DNA of 64,000 nucleotides from Candidatus Aenigmatarchaeota archaeon (GTDB lineage Archaea; Aenigmatarchaeota; Aenigmatarchaeia; GW2011-AR5), in the NCBI GenBank assembly GCA_016187335.1, contig JACPJW010000001.1, positions 4,547-68,546 of the forward strand, given 5' to 3'. Below the pieces are notes generated by a model. The model had not been told where the DNA came from and did no database searches. It saw only the letters and a list, made by a program, of their open reading frames with translations. Shown one piece after another: positions 8,885-19,418 of this stretch (its first letter is position 1; each line of letters begins with the position of its first letter). The translations under genes were made by a program, and so were the position numbers.

Positions 8885-10186
8885 TCAAGGCACCAGCCTG
8901 TTTACATCTCTTGGGAATAAGACAGCTTCTCTCACGTTCTTCAGGCCGAGCAGCTGCATTGTCAGTCGTTCAATTCCCAGGGCAAATCCTCCGTGGGGCG
9001 GGACGCCGTACTTGAAGAAGTCTGCGAACCACTTCACGCTCTCCGGCTTCATGCCTTTTTCTTTTGCTTGACCCATTATCTTCTCGTACCGATGCTCGCG
9101 CTGCCCTCCGCTGCTGAGCTCGACCCCGCGGTAAACCAAATCAGTGCTCCGCGCCCACGTCGGGTCGTCGTCGACGCGCATGACGTAGAACGGCTTTTCA
9201 GCAAAAGGAAACCTGTTGACAAAGAAGAAATCCGAGTTGTATTTTTTCTTCACCCACTCGCCCAAGAGCCTTTCACCTTCCGTGCCATAACTGCTTTTTC
9301 CCTTTTCATACTTCTCGCCCAGTTCATCAAGGATATCGTACAGCTTGGGAAATTCCAGCACCGGGAACTTGTCGGGAATGTCAATAGAAACATTCAATAA
9401 TTTCAGTTCGTCCCTTGCGTCTTTCACGAGCTTTTTCAGGGCGTATATTACCATTTCCTCTTCAAGCTTGATGATGTCGTGCTCGTCATCAATGAAAGCC
9501 ATCTCCGCCGCGCACACGCGGTGCTCCGTCAGGTGCCTTGTGGTGTGGCTCAGCTCGGCGCGCCATGCAGGGCCGATGTCGTAGATTTTTTCAAAGCCTC
9601 CGGCAATGGTAAGCTGGCGGTGCAGCTGCGGGTCCTGCCGTAGGAACGCTTCCTTGTCAAAGTAAACAACGGAAAAAACCTCCGAGCCCCCTTCTGAAGG
9701 CACTCCCAGAAGGCACGGCGTGAATATCTGCAGAAAGCCTTTTTCCTTGAGAAATAGTTGTATTTCCTGCATCAGTAATGACTGTATTTTGAATACCGCC
9801 TGGTTCTCGGGCCTGCGCAAATCAACGCTCCTGAAGTCCAGCCGCTTGTCGAGGTTCGTCTTTATCTGCGGCGACATGTCTATAGGCAGTTCCTCCGCTT
9901 CCGCAATTATTTTCATGTCCGCAGGAAGCACTTCTATGCCGCCGGGCGCGTTTTTATTGCTCACTGCTTCCCCTTCAACAGCAATTACCGTCTCTTTTTT
10001 CAGCCCTTCGAACAAGGAGAACATTGCCGCATCCGTCCTGTCTTTCTTCGCAGTGACCTGGATAAGCCCCGTATGGTCGCGCAGAACAAGAAATAAAATG
10101 CTGCCGAGCGCGCGCTTTTCAGAGACCCATCCGGCTATCTTGACTGGACCAGGTTTCAAGTCCTTCGAAAAATGCGTGCGCATCAT
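8885..10186 (-). CDS. aspS: Aspartyl-tRNA synthetase, archaeal type
   Basis: N-terminal OB anticodon-binding domain (FLVLRDHTGLIQV). Class II motifs FRAE...GGSE...GLGIERL. Confidence 0.9.
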   Translation of the reverse strand: MMRTHFSKDLKPGPVKIAGWVSEKRALGSILFLVLRDHTGLIQVTAKKDRTDAAMFSLFEGLKKETVIAVEGEAVSNKNAPGGIEVLPADMKIIAEAEELPIDMSPQIKTNLDKRLDFRSVDLRRPENQAVFKIQSLLMQEIQLFLKEKGFLQIFTPCLLGVPSEGGSEVFSVVYFDKEAFLRQDPQLHRQLTIAGGFEKIYDIGPAWRAELSHTTRHLTEHRVCAAEMAFIDDEHDIIKLEEEMVIYALKKLVKDARDELKLLNVSIDIPDKFPVLEFPKLYDILDELGEKYEKGKSSYGTEGERLLGEWVKKKYNSDFFFVNRFPFAEKPFYVMRVDDDPTWARSTDLVYRGVELSSGGQREHRYEKIMGQAKEKGMKPESVKWFADFFKYGVPPHGGFALGIERLTMQLLGLKNVREAVLFPRDVNRLVP

Positions 10187-10316
10187 GATGTAACACCGAT
10201 ATTTCTTTACTGCTTTCTTTTGACGAATAAATTTTAAATCTTCAAAAATTGCTCAGAATGAATTTTCTGGCTTGTCAATCGGGATGAAAAGGAATTCTTC
10301 TTTCCGCGCTGGCAGT

Positions 10317-11495
10317 TCATTTCCTGATTCTCGCAACGCCTGTTTCAGCAGCGGTTTTGGAAATATTCGCCGCTATTTTCCTGTGCACGTCCATGTCCGT
10401 CGTTTTCGGCAGAATGTAGTCTTCGGAAAGGTTTTTCTCCGCGATGCCGGCGAGCGTCAGCGCGGCGCCCAGCATCATCTTCTCGTTTATTTTTTTCGCC
10501 CTCACGTCAAGGACTCCGCGAAGCACCCCGGGGAAAACCAGGCTGTTGTTTATCTGGTTATGAAAATCTGACCTGCCGGTTGCGATTATCCTTGCGCCGC
10601 CTTTCTTCGCCTCTTCCGGACTTATCTCCGGGTCGGGATTGCTCAATGCGAACACGACAGCGTCCCTGCTCATTTTCCTTACCATTCCGCCTGTCAGTAT
10701 ATTGCTGCGACCGCTCACGCCGATGAAAACGTCCGCTCCGTTTATAGCTTCCTCGATGCCGCCTTTCATCTTTTCTTTGTTGGTTCTCCTTGCGAGTTCT
10801 TCCTTGTATTTATCCAGGCCGCTCCTGCCCTCGTATACAATGCCCTTGGAATCAAGAAGAAGCAGGTTTGTTGCGCCGAAGCTTAGCAGCATCTTGGCTG
10901 TGCCTATCCCGGCCGAGCCTGCGCCCATTATGACTATCCTCGCTTTCCTGATGTCCTTCTTCACGACCTTCATGGAATTTATCAGCGCTGCAAGGACGAC
11001 AATGCCCGTTCCCTGCTGGTCGTCGTGGAAAACCGGTATGTCCAGTTCTTCATTCAGTCTGTCAACTATCCCGAAGCATTTCGGGGAATCAATGTCCTCT
11101 ATGTTTATGGCGCCGAAGGTGGGCGAGATGTTTTTCACGATGTTTACTATTTCTTCAGCGTCCTTCGTTCCCAGGCATATCGGGAAAGAATCAACGTTGC
11201 CGAACAATTTGAAAATGACCGACTTTCCTTCCATCACGGGCATCGCGGCCTCCGGCCCGATGTCGCCGAGCCCGAGGACCCTTGTGCCGTCGGTCACGAT
11301 GGCTACGGAGTTCTGCTTTGACGTGTACTCGTAGACCTTTTCCCTGTCGTTGAAAATTTCCCTGGAGACTTCCGCCACGCCCGGCGTGTAAAGCAGGCTC
11401 AGGATCTTCATGTCCTTCACGGGCGTTTTGCTGTTGACCTCTAGCTTTCCCTTGAGTTTTCTGTGTATATCCAGGGCATCCTCTTTGAGTCCCAT
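10317..11495 (-). CDS. NAD(P)-dependent malic enzyme
   Basis: LSLLYTPGVAEVS, VTDGTRVLGLGDIG and GAGSAGIG Rossmann motif. Length ~390 aa. Confidence 0.85.
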   Translation of the reverse strand: MGLKEDALDIHRKLKGKLEVNSKTPVKDMKILSLLYTPGVAEVSREIFNDREKVYEYTSKQNSVAIVTDGTRVLGLGDIGPEAAMPVMEGKSVIFKLFGNVDSFPICLGTKDAEEIVNIVKNISPTFGAINIEDIDSPKCFGIVDRLNEELDIPVFHDDQQGTGIVVLAALINSMKVVKKDIRKARIVIMGAGSAGIGTAKMLLSFGATNLLLLDSKGIVYEGRSGLDKYKEELARRTNKEKMKGGIEEAINGADVFIGVSGRSNILTGGMVRKMSRDAVVFALSNPDPEISPEEAKKGGARIIATGRSDFHNQINNSLVFPGVLRGVLDVRAKKINEKMMLGAALTLAGIAEKNLSEDYILPKTTDMDVHRKIAANISKTAAETGVARIRK

Positions 11496-11498
11496 AGT

Positions 11499-11828
11499 TT
11501 ACCTCAGCGCGATGTTGTAGAAAAGAGTCCACGTGATGAGCCACGAAAGCAGCAGAACGAAAGCGGAGCCGTACCATTTGCCTGCTTCCATCTTGAGATA
11601 ATGCACCGAAAATGCGTAGCCCGCGCCCCCGGCGATCAAAGCAAAAAGCAGCCCCATGGTTGTGGTGTTGAGCACGAACGAAGCGTAGCCGGCTATGGTC
11701 CCCAGAATCATGTGGACAGCGGTCGCCTTCAGCTCGTCGTCAAAATATTCGTCGAATTTCACAATAATTACCTTTATCAAGGCGGATGAAAAGTTATAGT
11801 GAAGGACATAATATTTTGGACATATCAT
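11499..11828 (-). CDS. Small integral membrane protein, hypothetical
   Basis: 109 aa with three predicted TM helices. Confidence 0.35.
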   Translation of the reverse strand: MICPKYYVLHYNFSSALIKVIIVKFDEYFDDELKATAVHMILGTIAGYASFVLNTTTMGLLFALIAGGAGYAFSVHYLKMEAGKWYGSAFVLLLSWLITWTLFYNIALR

Positions 11829-11907
11829 ATGTCTTTCACATATAGTAAGGGCGTCATAATACGTTCAATTATTTACGTCCATTACTATAAAGTCAGGTGT
11901 TTTCCGC

Positions 11908-12588
11908 TTAATCTTCTGCTAACATTTCATCCCTGACGAATTTCCCGATTTTCGTCTGCTCCTTTTCTTCCATGATGAGCTGCGCGGTTATCCAGCTTTT
12001 TCGGACGAAGTCAGGAAATTCTTTATTTTCTTTAATCCAATTCTTTAAAAACCCGATTGTTGCTGAATCGGAAGGATAGCCCGAGCCGAAATAGCCGTAT
12101 TTTTTGTGCAGGGTTTCTATCTCCCTGTCCCTGCTCACCTTGGCTATCACGGAAGCGGCTGCGACCTCAATGTAATTCTTGTCGGCGAAGTTTTCCGCGG
12201 CAATCACTGACTTTGCTTTCAATCCGGAAGAAATTTTCTTTTTGAAATTGGCTACGTTGGCCTCGGGCGCGTCTATGATTACCTTGTCCGGCTCCAGCAG
12301 CTCTATCATCTGCCTCATCCTTTCTATTTCCAGCTTGTTTAAATTGCTGACCGTGCGCAGCCTGTCTATCTCGGCGGCAGGGATGTGGAAAACTATCATG
12401 TCGTCCGCGAGCTTTTTCACGTGACTGAACAAAAACTCCCTTTGCTTTTTGCTGAGCAGCTTTGAATCCGTAACGCCCAGTTTTTTCAGCTTTGTGACGC
12501 TCTTTTCCCTGATAAGATAGCCGCACATGACCATCGGGCCGATGACCGGCCCGCGCCCGGCTTCGTCGATGCCCAGGATTAATGACAA
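11908..12588 (-). CDS. rnhB: Ribonuclease HII
   Basis: N-terminal ILGIDEAGRGPVIGPMV motif. Length 226 aa. Confidence 0.9.
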   Translation of the reverse strand: MSLILGIDEAGRGPVIGPMVMCGYLIREKSVTKLKKLGVTDSKLLSKKQREFLFSHVKKLADDMIVFHIPAAEIDRLRTVSNLNKLEIERMRQMIELLEPDKVIIDAPEANVANFKKKISSGLKAKSVIAAENFADKNYIEVAAASVIAKVSRDREIETLHKKYGYFGSGYPSDSATIGFLKNWIKENKEFPDFVRKSWITAQLIMEEKEQTKIGKFVRDEMLAED

Positions 12589-12636
12589 TTATGACACCTC
12601 TAATTCATTTTTCAAATAGAATTAGGATTCAAGCAC

Positions 12637-13362
12637 TTAAATGGGGTGCAAACCTATCTGGAACGGGACAAAATGATCTGCAAAATCTGTAAAGTACTCC
12701 GGAGGAATCCTATTCCTTCCTCGCTTTATTTTTATTTTGCGTTTTCTTGCTAGGTCTGACATTCTAATCATGTATCCCATTCTGTCTGCCTCGTTTACTG
12801 GATAGAAATTCTCGTCGGCCTCGACCTCCATTCTAAGACTTTCAGCAGGAATGTTGAGCATAAATAATTCTTGCATTAAGGTTGCCATCCATGACTTTAC
12901 ATTATCAGGATTGGAAAATGCATCCATAATTATGTCTGCGTCTTCGCGCCCCAAGGCCTTTACGACATTACATACACCGATTATCCACGTAACGTCGTAG
13001 GGATTTGCATTAGCAAGAGAGTCTTGTTGGCTCGTTTGTTGTCTTTCGTACAGCCATTTCTGAACGCTTTGTAAATGTTGTGGTGTGACTACGGTATACC
13101 TGAAATTCAGGTGTGTTATGTAAATTCCGTTTGGATGCTGCCTTTCGTCTTGTTTGAAAAGTGTTGATCTTAGTTTGGGAAGGGGAGGTTGTGATCCGTT
13201 AAGCTCCGAATCAGCTTCGCAGCCGACTATATATGACTTTTCCTTAAGGAAGCATCCTGATTCATCGATACCGTATTTAGGTCGTAATATCGTTGAACCA
13301 GAAGAAGACTGGTATAGAACTGTGGATTGGGATACCCCGTCTAGCTGACAATTCTGCCCCAT
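12637..13362 (-). CDS. Hypothetical protein
   Basis: 241 aa ORF with no recognisable motif. Lies adjacent to a tRNA gene. Confidence 0.35.
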   Translation of the reverse strand: MGQNCQLDGVSQSTVLYQSSSGSTILRPKYGIDESGCFLKEKSYIVGCEADSELNGSQPPLPKLRSTLFKQDERQHPNGIYITHLNFRYTVVTPQHLQSVQKWLYERQQTSQQDSLANANPYDVTWIIGVCNVVKALGREDADIIMDAFSNPDNVKSWMATLMQELFMLNIPAESLRMEVEADENFYPVNEADRMGYMIRMSDLARKRKIKIKRGRNRIPPEYFTDFADHFVPFQIGLHPI

Positions 13363-13496
13363 TAAGCATTACTATATGGTTCGTACCTATATTTATCTTT
13401 TCGGAAATTTTCCGGCCGTCTGAATGTAATTTCCTCGTAATGCGCATGCATGCTGTCTTATTATTTAAGCATTTGCCGATAACTTGTTAGCGTCAT

Positions 13497-13619
13497 AGCG
13501 GAGTGGAGCAGCCTGGAGTGCTCGTCGAGCAACTGGCACGAATGGCCCATAGGCATGCTCTAGGATACCCGAAAGCAATTATGCCGGGAAGGTCGGCAGT
13601 TCAAATCTGCCCTCCGCTA
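13497..13619 (+). tRNA. Intron-containing tRNA (anticodon not resolved)
   Basis: 5' acceptor AGCGGAG pairs with 3' CTCCGCT. D-arm GAGC/GCTC. T-arm GGCAG-TTCAAAT-CTGCC plus discriminator A. About 48 extra nt between D-arm and T-arm indicate one or more introns. Confidence 0.6.
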
Positions 13620-13824
13620 TATTTTTTCATTAAGACGAAAAGATGAAATGCCCTATGCAACCATTTTGCAGGCAGCATGAAAATGCTTCGCATCTTCGGT
13701 TTGCTTTCTGCAAGTTGAGCATTTCTTTTGCAATCGCTTCGTTTATCGGAAAGCGGTTTTCGCGATGGCAAAATGAATCAGTTTTTGTTTCTTCTTTTTA
13801 AGCGCTTTCTTTCAAGGTATAATC

Positions 13825-15066
13825 ATGAACCTTGTAGACAAGGCGCAGAAAATCTTGCAGCAGCCTGTATGCGACCACTGCCTGGGCAGGCAGTTCGGCC
13901 AGCTGCTGAGCGGCTTCGGGAACGAGCAGCGCGGCTCGATCATGAGAACGCTCGCGGCGATGGCAGTTGACAAGGAAGACTACAAGGGCGATATTGATTT
14001 TTCCAATTTCGCCGGCTATTCGTTTCATAATTTGGAACTGAAACAAACTTTTCCGAAAAGTTTGACCAAAAGGGAAACCGAAAAATGCTCCGTGTGCTTC
14101 GGCTTGTTTGAGAAGCTGCCGCAGTGGCTGAAGAAAATAGAAGCGAAGGCGAAGAATCAGGAGTTCAGGACATTCCTCATAGGCACCAAGCTGTCTTCAG
14201 CGCTTATCGGCGCAGAGGAGGATCTGTGGGAAAGGGTGGGGATAGATTACTGCGAGCCCCTCAAGGCTGAGATAAACAGGGAAATAGGAAAAACTGTGGA
14301 AAGGAAGTTCGGGGTCCGCTTTAACCCGAAAAATCCCGACGTGAATTTCATTCTAGACTTTGATTCCGGCAGCGTTAGCATAGAAGTAAATCCGTTGTTC
14401 ATCTACGGCGAATACCAGAAGCTCATACGAGGGATTCCCCAGACGAGATGGCCTTCGAGGAAGTACAGGACGAGCGTCGAGCAGATTATAGCAAAGCCTT
14501 TCATGAAAGCGACGCACGGCGCTGCGCATGCTTTCCACGGCATGGGCAGGGAAGACATAGACGCCCGCTGCCTGGCATGGCGCCCTTTTGTTTTGGAAAT
14601 ATCAAGGCCGCGCATAAGGTCGGTTGATTTGAAAAAACTCCCAAGGCAGATCCCGAAAAAAGTAAGGGTCAGGAATCTGAAGTTTTCAGGCATAAACGAA
14701 GTCCGTGCAATCAAGGAAGCCAAGGCGGATAAGACATACCGCGCCGTCGTGGAGTGCAGCGATAAAATAAATAAGAACGACTTGAAAAGACTTTCCGCCC
14801 TTGTTGCAACAATATACCAGAAAACCCCCCGGCGCGTTTTGCACCGCAGGGCGGACAAGGGGCGGAAGCGGGCTGTGCGCTCGATAAAAGCAAAATACCT
14901 CGGCCCCAAGAAGTTCCTGTTTGTTGTCAGGGGCGAGGGGGGGCTCTATATTAAAGAGCTTGTGAGCGGCGACGAAGGCAGGACAAGACCGAGCGTAGCA
15001 GAGCTGTTGGGAACAGCGTGCAGCTGCAGGGACCTGGACGTGATCAAGATACATGTCAAGAAGTAG
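13825..15066 (+). CDS. pus10: tRNA pseudouridine synthase Pus10 (Psi54/55)
   Basis: N-terminal Zn-ribbon motif VCDHCLGRQFGQL typical of archaeal Pus10. Length ~410 aa. Confidence 0.7.
   Translation: MNLVDKAQKILQQPVCDHCLGRQFGQLLSGFGNEQRGSIMRTLAAMAVDKEDYKGDIDFSNFAGYSFHNLELKQTFPKSLTKRETEKCSVCFGLFEKLPQWLKKIEAKAKNQEFRTFLIGTKLSSALIGAEEDLWERVGIDYCEPLKAEINREIGKTVERKFGVRFNPKNPDVNFILDFDSGSVSIEVNPLFIYGEYQKLIRGIPQTRWPSRKYRTSVEQIIAKPFMKATHGAAHAFHGMGREDIDARCLAWRPFVLEISRPRIRSVDLKKLPRQIPKKVRVRNLKFSGINEVRAIKEAKADKTYRAVVECSDKINKNDLKRLSALVATIYQKTPRRVLHRRADKGRKRAVRSIKAKYLGPKKFLFVVRGEGGLYIKELVSGDEGRTRPSVAELLGTACSCRDLDVIKIHVKK
14045..14063. repeat. Intragenic 19-bp palindrome AAACTTTTCCGAAAAGTTT
   Basis: Perfect palindrome inside the pus10 CDS with the same arms as the intergenic elements at 3863, 6577 and 52298. 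Confidence 0.6.
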
Positions 15067-15616
15067 CCGGCACAAATATTTCTCTTTTCCTTTCAAATCT
15101 TCTTCTGAGATCCGCCTGTATTGCCTTCATGTCTTCAGGCGTATTGTTCTGGTAAATTATTACCTCGCATCCCAATTCTTCCGAGCAATCCGGGCTGATA
15201 CGCTCCCATTGTGACAGCTGTTCGGATAAAAGCTCTAAGGATTTTCCTTCATCGCGCACTCTTCTTTCCAGAATACCTCTGTCTACATTTATCACCAGGA
15301 GGTATTTCTCATCAGAAAATCCTGTGATCAAGGCATTTGCGCGATCCTGCTGCCGGCGGTACGCTCCTTCCATTGCCAAATCGCGGCCGCCTATGAGCCT
15401 GATATTTCTTAAAATGTAGCTTGCTTTTCTGACCGCTGGGAATATTTCTTCATAGTCAGGCCATAAACGGAATTTTGCATAAGGAACTCCATATGCCTGC
15501 TCGATCATTTCATCATGGGATACACCGGCAAATGCCAATTCCTCCTGCAGAAATCTTCGCACAGTAGTCTTCCCTGAGCCGATAACACCTGTAACGAGCA
15601 CGAGCCTGGGGTACAT
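15056..15616 (-). CDS. P-loop NTPase / putative nucleotide kinase
   Basis: Walker A LVLVTGVIGSGKTT at the N-terminus when started at the internal Met (MYPRLV...). The longer ORF to 15832 would overlap rpl21e. Confidence 0.5.
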   Translation of the reverse strand: MYPRLVLVTGVIGSGKTTVRRFLQEELAFAGVSHDEMIEQAYGVPYAKFRLWPDYEEIFPAVRKASYILRNIRLIGGRDLAMEGAYRRQQDRANALITGFSDEKYLLVINVDRGILERRVRDEGKSLELLSEQLSQWERISPDCSEELGCEVIIYQNNTPEDMKAIQADLRRRFERKREIFVPATS

Positions 15617-15789
15617 AATTTCTAACCTGCGAATTACAAATTTCAACGCTTTTAAGGTTTTGTTTCGGATTAGTAAGTTGAATGGTGGTTCTCGGAGGTA
15701 TCGGAACTGCCTATCTTGACATAATAATTTGGGGTTCTGATTATCTTCAAAAACCAAAAGTTTTTGAGATGTCAAAATCATAGGAGATT

Positions 15790-16074
15790 TTGAACATGGT
15801 CCGGAAATCATACGGGAAGATGCGCGGCACAAGAAAGAAGCTGCGGATGCGCAGGAAGCCCACTTTGACAGGCTATCTGCGCGGATTTGATGAGGGGCAG
15901 AAAGTCCATATTAAGATTGTTTCCTCGGGCAGTTTTCCTCAGCCGAAATTCCACGGAATGACGGGAATGGTCGTTGAAAGGCGGGGAAAATCTTATGCAA
16001 TCCAGGTCCGCGACGGCAACAAATCAAAAACAGTTTACCTTAGGCCCGAGCATCTGGAGCCTGTGAAAAAGTAA
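15790..16074 (+). CDS. rpl21e: 50S ribosomal protein L21e
   Basis: MVRKSYGKMRGTRKKL...GMTGMVVERRG, the characteristic L21e sequence. Confidence 0.9.
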   Translation: MNMVRKSYGKMRGTRKKLRMRRKPTLTGYLRGFDEGQKVHIKIVSSGSFPQPKFHGMTGMVVERRGKSYAIQVRDGNKSKTVYLRPEHLEPVKK

Positions 16075-16150
16075 GTGAAACGGAAAGGAAATGGCAAGTT
16101 TGTAAGAATCTGGAAATTGCACTAATAAATCATTTCCATCTTGACAAAAG

Positions 16151-16489
16151 GTGAATGTTATCGAAATCCTCAGCGAAGAAGACGTGAACATTGTTGAAGC
16201 AAAGAGAATTCTGGAAGAGCGCAAAAAAGAAAGGGATCTGGTTTACGAGCAGAAAATCTGCCTGGAGTACCTGGAAAGGATACCCAAGCTCACGCAGAGG
16301 CAGGCCGAGGACCTGGCGCAAGAGCTGGCAAAGATACCGGTCATGAAGCCCAGGTACATAAACATCGTAATCAGCGTGCTGCCGGAAACGGAGGAAGAAG
16401 TGGATGCCTTGTTCAGCAAAGAAAGGACCAACCTCAAGAAAGAGGAAATAAAGCAGATTGCGGAAATCGTCAGCAAGGCGAGAAGGTAA
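16151..16489 (+). CDS. rpoF: DNA-directed RNA polymerase subunit Rpo4/F
   Basis: ~110 aa acidic protein matching the Rpo4 pattern (VEAKRILEER...LEYLERIPKL...). Conserved position downstream of rpl21e. Confidence 0.65.
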   Translation: MNVIEILSEEDVNIVEAKRILEERKKERDLVYEQKICLEYLERIPKLTQRQAEDLAQELAKIPVMKPRYINIVISVLPETEEEVDALFSKERTNLKKEEIKQIAEIVSKARR

Positions 16490-16618
16490 TTAACGGAATG
16501 GGGCGGCTTCGTTAATAATTCATGTTCATTCTCAGAATGACAGAATCAAGTCAAACTGAAACTTGGATCGTTAAGAAATCATATCATGCTTGATCAATTT
16601 CTTTGCCTTTTCCTGGAT

Positions 16619-19294
16619 TTACGGGCAGTATTGCCCCCATTCGTCCTCGGTAGGCTCCGCTCCCGAGCAGCAGGCCTGTCCTTCGCTTATTGAATAATAT
16701 TGATCCACACAGCTTACTTGAGTGAATTTGTCTTCGCCGCCGGTTCCGCTACCTCCGCCTGATGAGGGGCAGTAATAATATCCGTAATAATCCTGGACAG
16801 GCTGCTCGCCGGAACAGCACTGCTGCGTATACGGGTCAACATCCATGTAGTCTTCAACGCAGCCCGCAGGAACAAAGTCGTCCCAATAACCACCGCCTCC
16901 TGACGACGAGCTGCTTGTTTGCGCCAGGAGGTTGCTGGTCGCATCGTCCGCCCACACCCAGCATTGCGTTTCCGCGTCTTCGCCTTCAAATGTCTCGTAG
17001 CTCCCTATGCAATCGCCAGTGCTTTCTGAATCCACGCACCAGTAAGAGTATCCCGTATCACTGCCAACATCCGTAACAGCGCAACCGTAGAATGCATTTT
17101 CGCCTGCTGTCGCTCCGGCTGGTTCAAATCCCGGACCTGCTGCGAGCGTGTCGGAAGGGAGTTCCCTTTCTATCTCTGCTATAGTCCTGGTTCGTGTCGC
17201 TGCTGGTGTGCATGTTTCAAGGGTTCTGCTGCATCCCAATCCTCTGTAAACATACGCATCAGCGCCCATATCGTATTCGCATGAACATGCTCCGGCTGTT
17301 GTTCCTGTTTTGCTCTGCGCTGCTGCAACCGTGCACTCTCTGTCAGCATATAAAGTGGAAAGACAGTCGCTTCTTGCTCCGCTGGGATAGCACTGGTATC
17401 TTCCGGAATTATCTTTGCATAACTGGCTCGTTTCCTGCGCGGAAGTGGTTTTCTGCGCCGCTGGTGTTCCTTCCTCTACAACGCAATAGCTGTTCTTTGA
17501 AACAAGCTTCTTTCCTGCATCATTTGCATCACAGCATTTCGCACCTGAATCAAGGAACCCTCTTTCCTTCACGCAAGCCTGCCGGCCGTAAGGGAAGGAA
17601 GTAACGGACTCCGCTGTCTTGGGTTCTTCTGGTTTTGCTGACGTTCCTTTGTCTCCCAGCGATTCGCGTTTCGCTCCCCATGTCAGGCAGCACGTGTCGC
17701 CTTCGCCGGCTGTAGTGCATGACTGGGATTCCCTTGAAGACGAGGAGCTTCGCAGCCATCCCTTGCTTATTACGCAGTTCTTGTATGCTTCGCTGCTGCT
17801 GCTTATGCATTCGCCCTTGAGCTGGGCGCAGTATGTCCTCTTTGCTGCCGCCGTCGTTGCCGCGCCGCTTTTCTTGGCTTCGCATTCTTCTTTTGTTGAA
17901 TAAGATGACAAAGTCCTGCTGGGGTCGCATTCTGTAACGCACACTTCTGCGTATTCTCCCGAATCCGGCTCGTCAAGGGCGCAAAGCTTGTATTTCTGTT
18001 CTGCTGCGGCCTCGCCGTATTTGACAATAACAGCAAACCTGTCGTAAGTCTTGCCGTCAGCAACAAGCTGGACAGTACCGGTGTCAATGCTTGCTATCGG
18101 CCTGCTTCTCGCTGATGCCCTTGTCCTTTCCCGCAGGACTTCTTCCGTTGGCACGCTTCCCAGCACGTCGCCCGGTTTCAATGTATCTTTATACTTATTC
18201 AAAGCCGCCTGGCATTGAGAAAGCGCTGTGGAGCCTGCATAGCCTTCTGCTTTCAACACATCAAAGCCTGTATCGTACGGCAGTTCGCCGGAGCTGTCCC
18301 CGCATTTCTGCCTGCAGTATATCTTTTCCGTCAATGATGCTTCGTCGTACGCGGAGCACGCAAAAACGTTCTGCGACACTGCTACGGGTTTCGTTACTGT
18401 GGTGACAGGTCGCGCTGGCGCTTTTGTTGCTGGGGGTTTTGCAGTAGTTATCGTGGGTTTTTTAGCAGCTGCCTCGCTCTCACGTTGTTTTGTCCTTGCC
18501 TCGGCTTCCGCTTTCTGGCGGGCGTTAAGAACTGACGGTTCCGCAGGCTCTTTCTTTCCGCCTATGTTTATGCAGCATTCCTCTTCAAGTTTGCACTCCG
18601 AGACAGTTCCCTGAAACACTGTCCCGCCCAACTGGTCGCACCCGCTGGCTCCAAGTACAGTGTTCTTTATTCTTGTGCATCTCCCGTTAAGAGGCTGGCC
18701 GCTGCATTTTGGCGCAGAGCCTACGCGAATACAGCTTTCCCACCATGAACATCCCTCGCGGTCCAATCCTTCTCTTCCAAAGCCTAAGAATCTGCATTCG
18801 CCTTTCCTTCCGTACTGGTCTGTATCCGTGCACTTCAGTTTTTGAGAAGTCGGCGCGGCGGCGGGCGGCGGAGCAGGAGATGACGCCTTTGAAGCATCGG
18901 TCTTTGCCTTTTCACATTCAGCTTTTGCATAAGGTCCGCCTTTCGCGTACTGGGATTCGTCATTACAGCTTTCAAGGCAGTCAAATCTTTTGCTGTCCCT
19001 TACATATCCGCACAGGTAAAATTTCCCTGCAGTCTGCATCCCCGTTATCGGAATAGCCGCCTCTTCCTGCAGCGCCGCTTTTTCCTCCTGCGGCTGCAGC
19101 GCAAAGTATGTTCCTTTGTCCGTGTCTACCTTCACAACAGAATACGAAGCGAAGCCCGTCGCAGCAGAAAGATTTATCTGGGAATAAAAAATTGCCATCG
19201 CAACCAGCAGGGAAGCTGCAAGAATGTAGCGCGACGAGGGCACATTATGGCTCTTTTCGCCTTTGGAATGCTTTCTGTATTTCCGTGGCATCAA
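16619..19294 (-). CDS. Very large secreted Cys-rich surface protein (paralog family 2)
   Basis: N-terminal signal/TM. About 60 Cys. Thr/Ala/Pro-rich linkers. Shares blocks with 19419..21632 (LNARQKAEAEARTKQ, KLKCTDTDQYGRKGEC..GFGREGLDREGC, KIYCRQKCG, SQSCTTAGEGDTCCL). Confidence 0.6.
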   Translation of the reverse strand: MMPRKYRKHSKGEKSHNVPSSRYILAASLLVAMAIFYSQINLSAATGFASYSVVKVDTDKGTYFALQPQEEKAALQEEAAIPITGMQTAGKFYLCGYVRDSKRFDCLESCNDESQYAKGGPYAKAECEKAKTDASKASSPAPPPAAAPTSQKLKCTDTDQYGRKGECRFLGFGREGLDREGCSWWESCIRVGSAPKCSGQPLNGRCTRIKNTVLGASGCDQLGGTVFQGTVSECKLEEECCINIGGKKEPAEPSVLNARQKAEAEARTKQRESEAAAKKPTITTAKPPATKAPARPVTTVTKPVAVSQNVFACSAYDEASLTEKIYCRQKCGDSSGELPYDTGFDVLKAEGYAGSTALSQCQAALNKYKDTLKPGDVLGSVPTEEVLRERTRASARSRPIASIDTGTVQLVADGKTYDRFAVIVKYGEAAAEQKYKLCALDEPDSGEYAEVCVTECDPSRTLSSYSTKEECEAKKSGAATTAAAKRTYCAQLKGECISSSSEAYKNCVISKGWLRSSSSSRESQSCTTAGEGDTCCLTWGAKRESLGDKGTSAKPEEPKTAESVTSFPYGRQACVKERGFLDSGAKCCDANDAGKKLVSKNSYCVVEEGTPAAQKTTSAQETSQLCKDNSGRYQCYPSGARSDCLSTLYADRECTVAAAQSKTGTTAGACSCEYDMGADAYVYRGLGCSRTLETCTPAATRTRTIAEIERELPSDTLAAGPGFEPAGATAGENAFYGCAVTDVGSDTGYSYWCVDSESTGDCIGSYETFEGEDAETQCWVWADDATSNLLAQTSSSSSGGGGYWDDFVPAGCVEDYMDVDPYTQQCCSGEQPVQDYYGYYYCPSSGGGSGTGGEDKFTQVSCVDQYYSISEGQACCSGAEPTEDEWGQYCP

Positions 19295-19418
19295 ATATCA
19301 ATTGTTATTTGTGATAAGTGAAATAAATAGATTTTCGCCAAGACGGGAAGATGAAATACTGCAGCTTCGTTCCATGAATTTCCGTTTGACAATATCATAA
19401 GGAATAGAATTATGCCCT

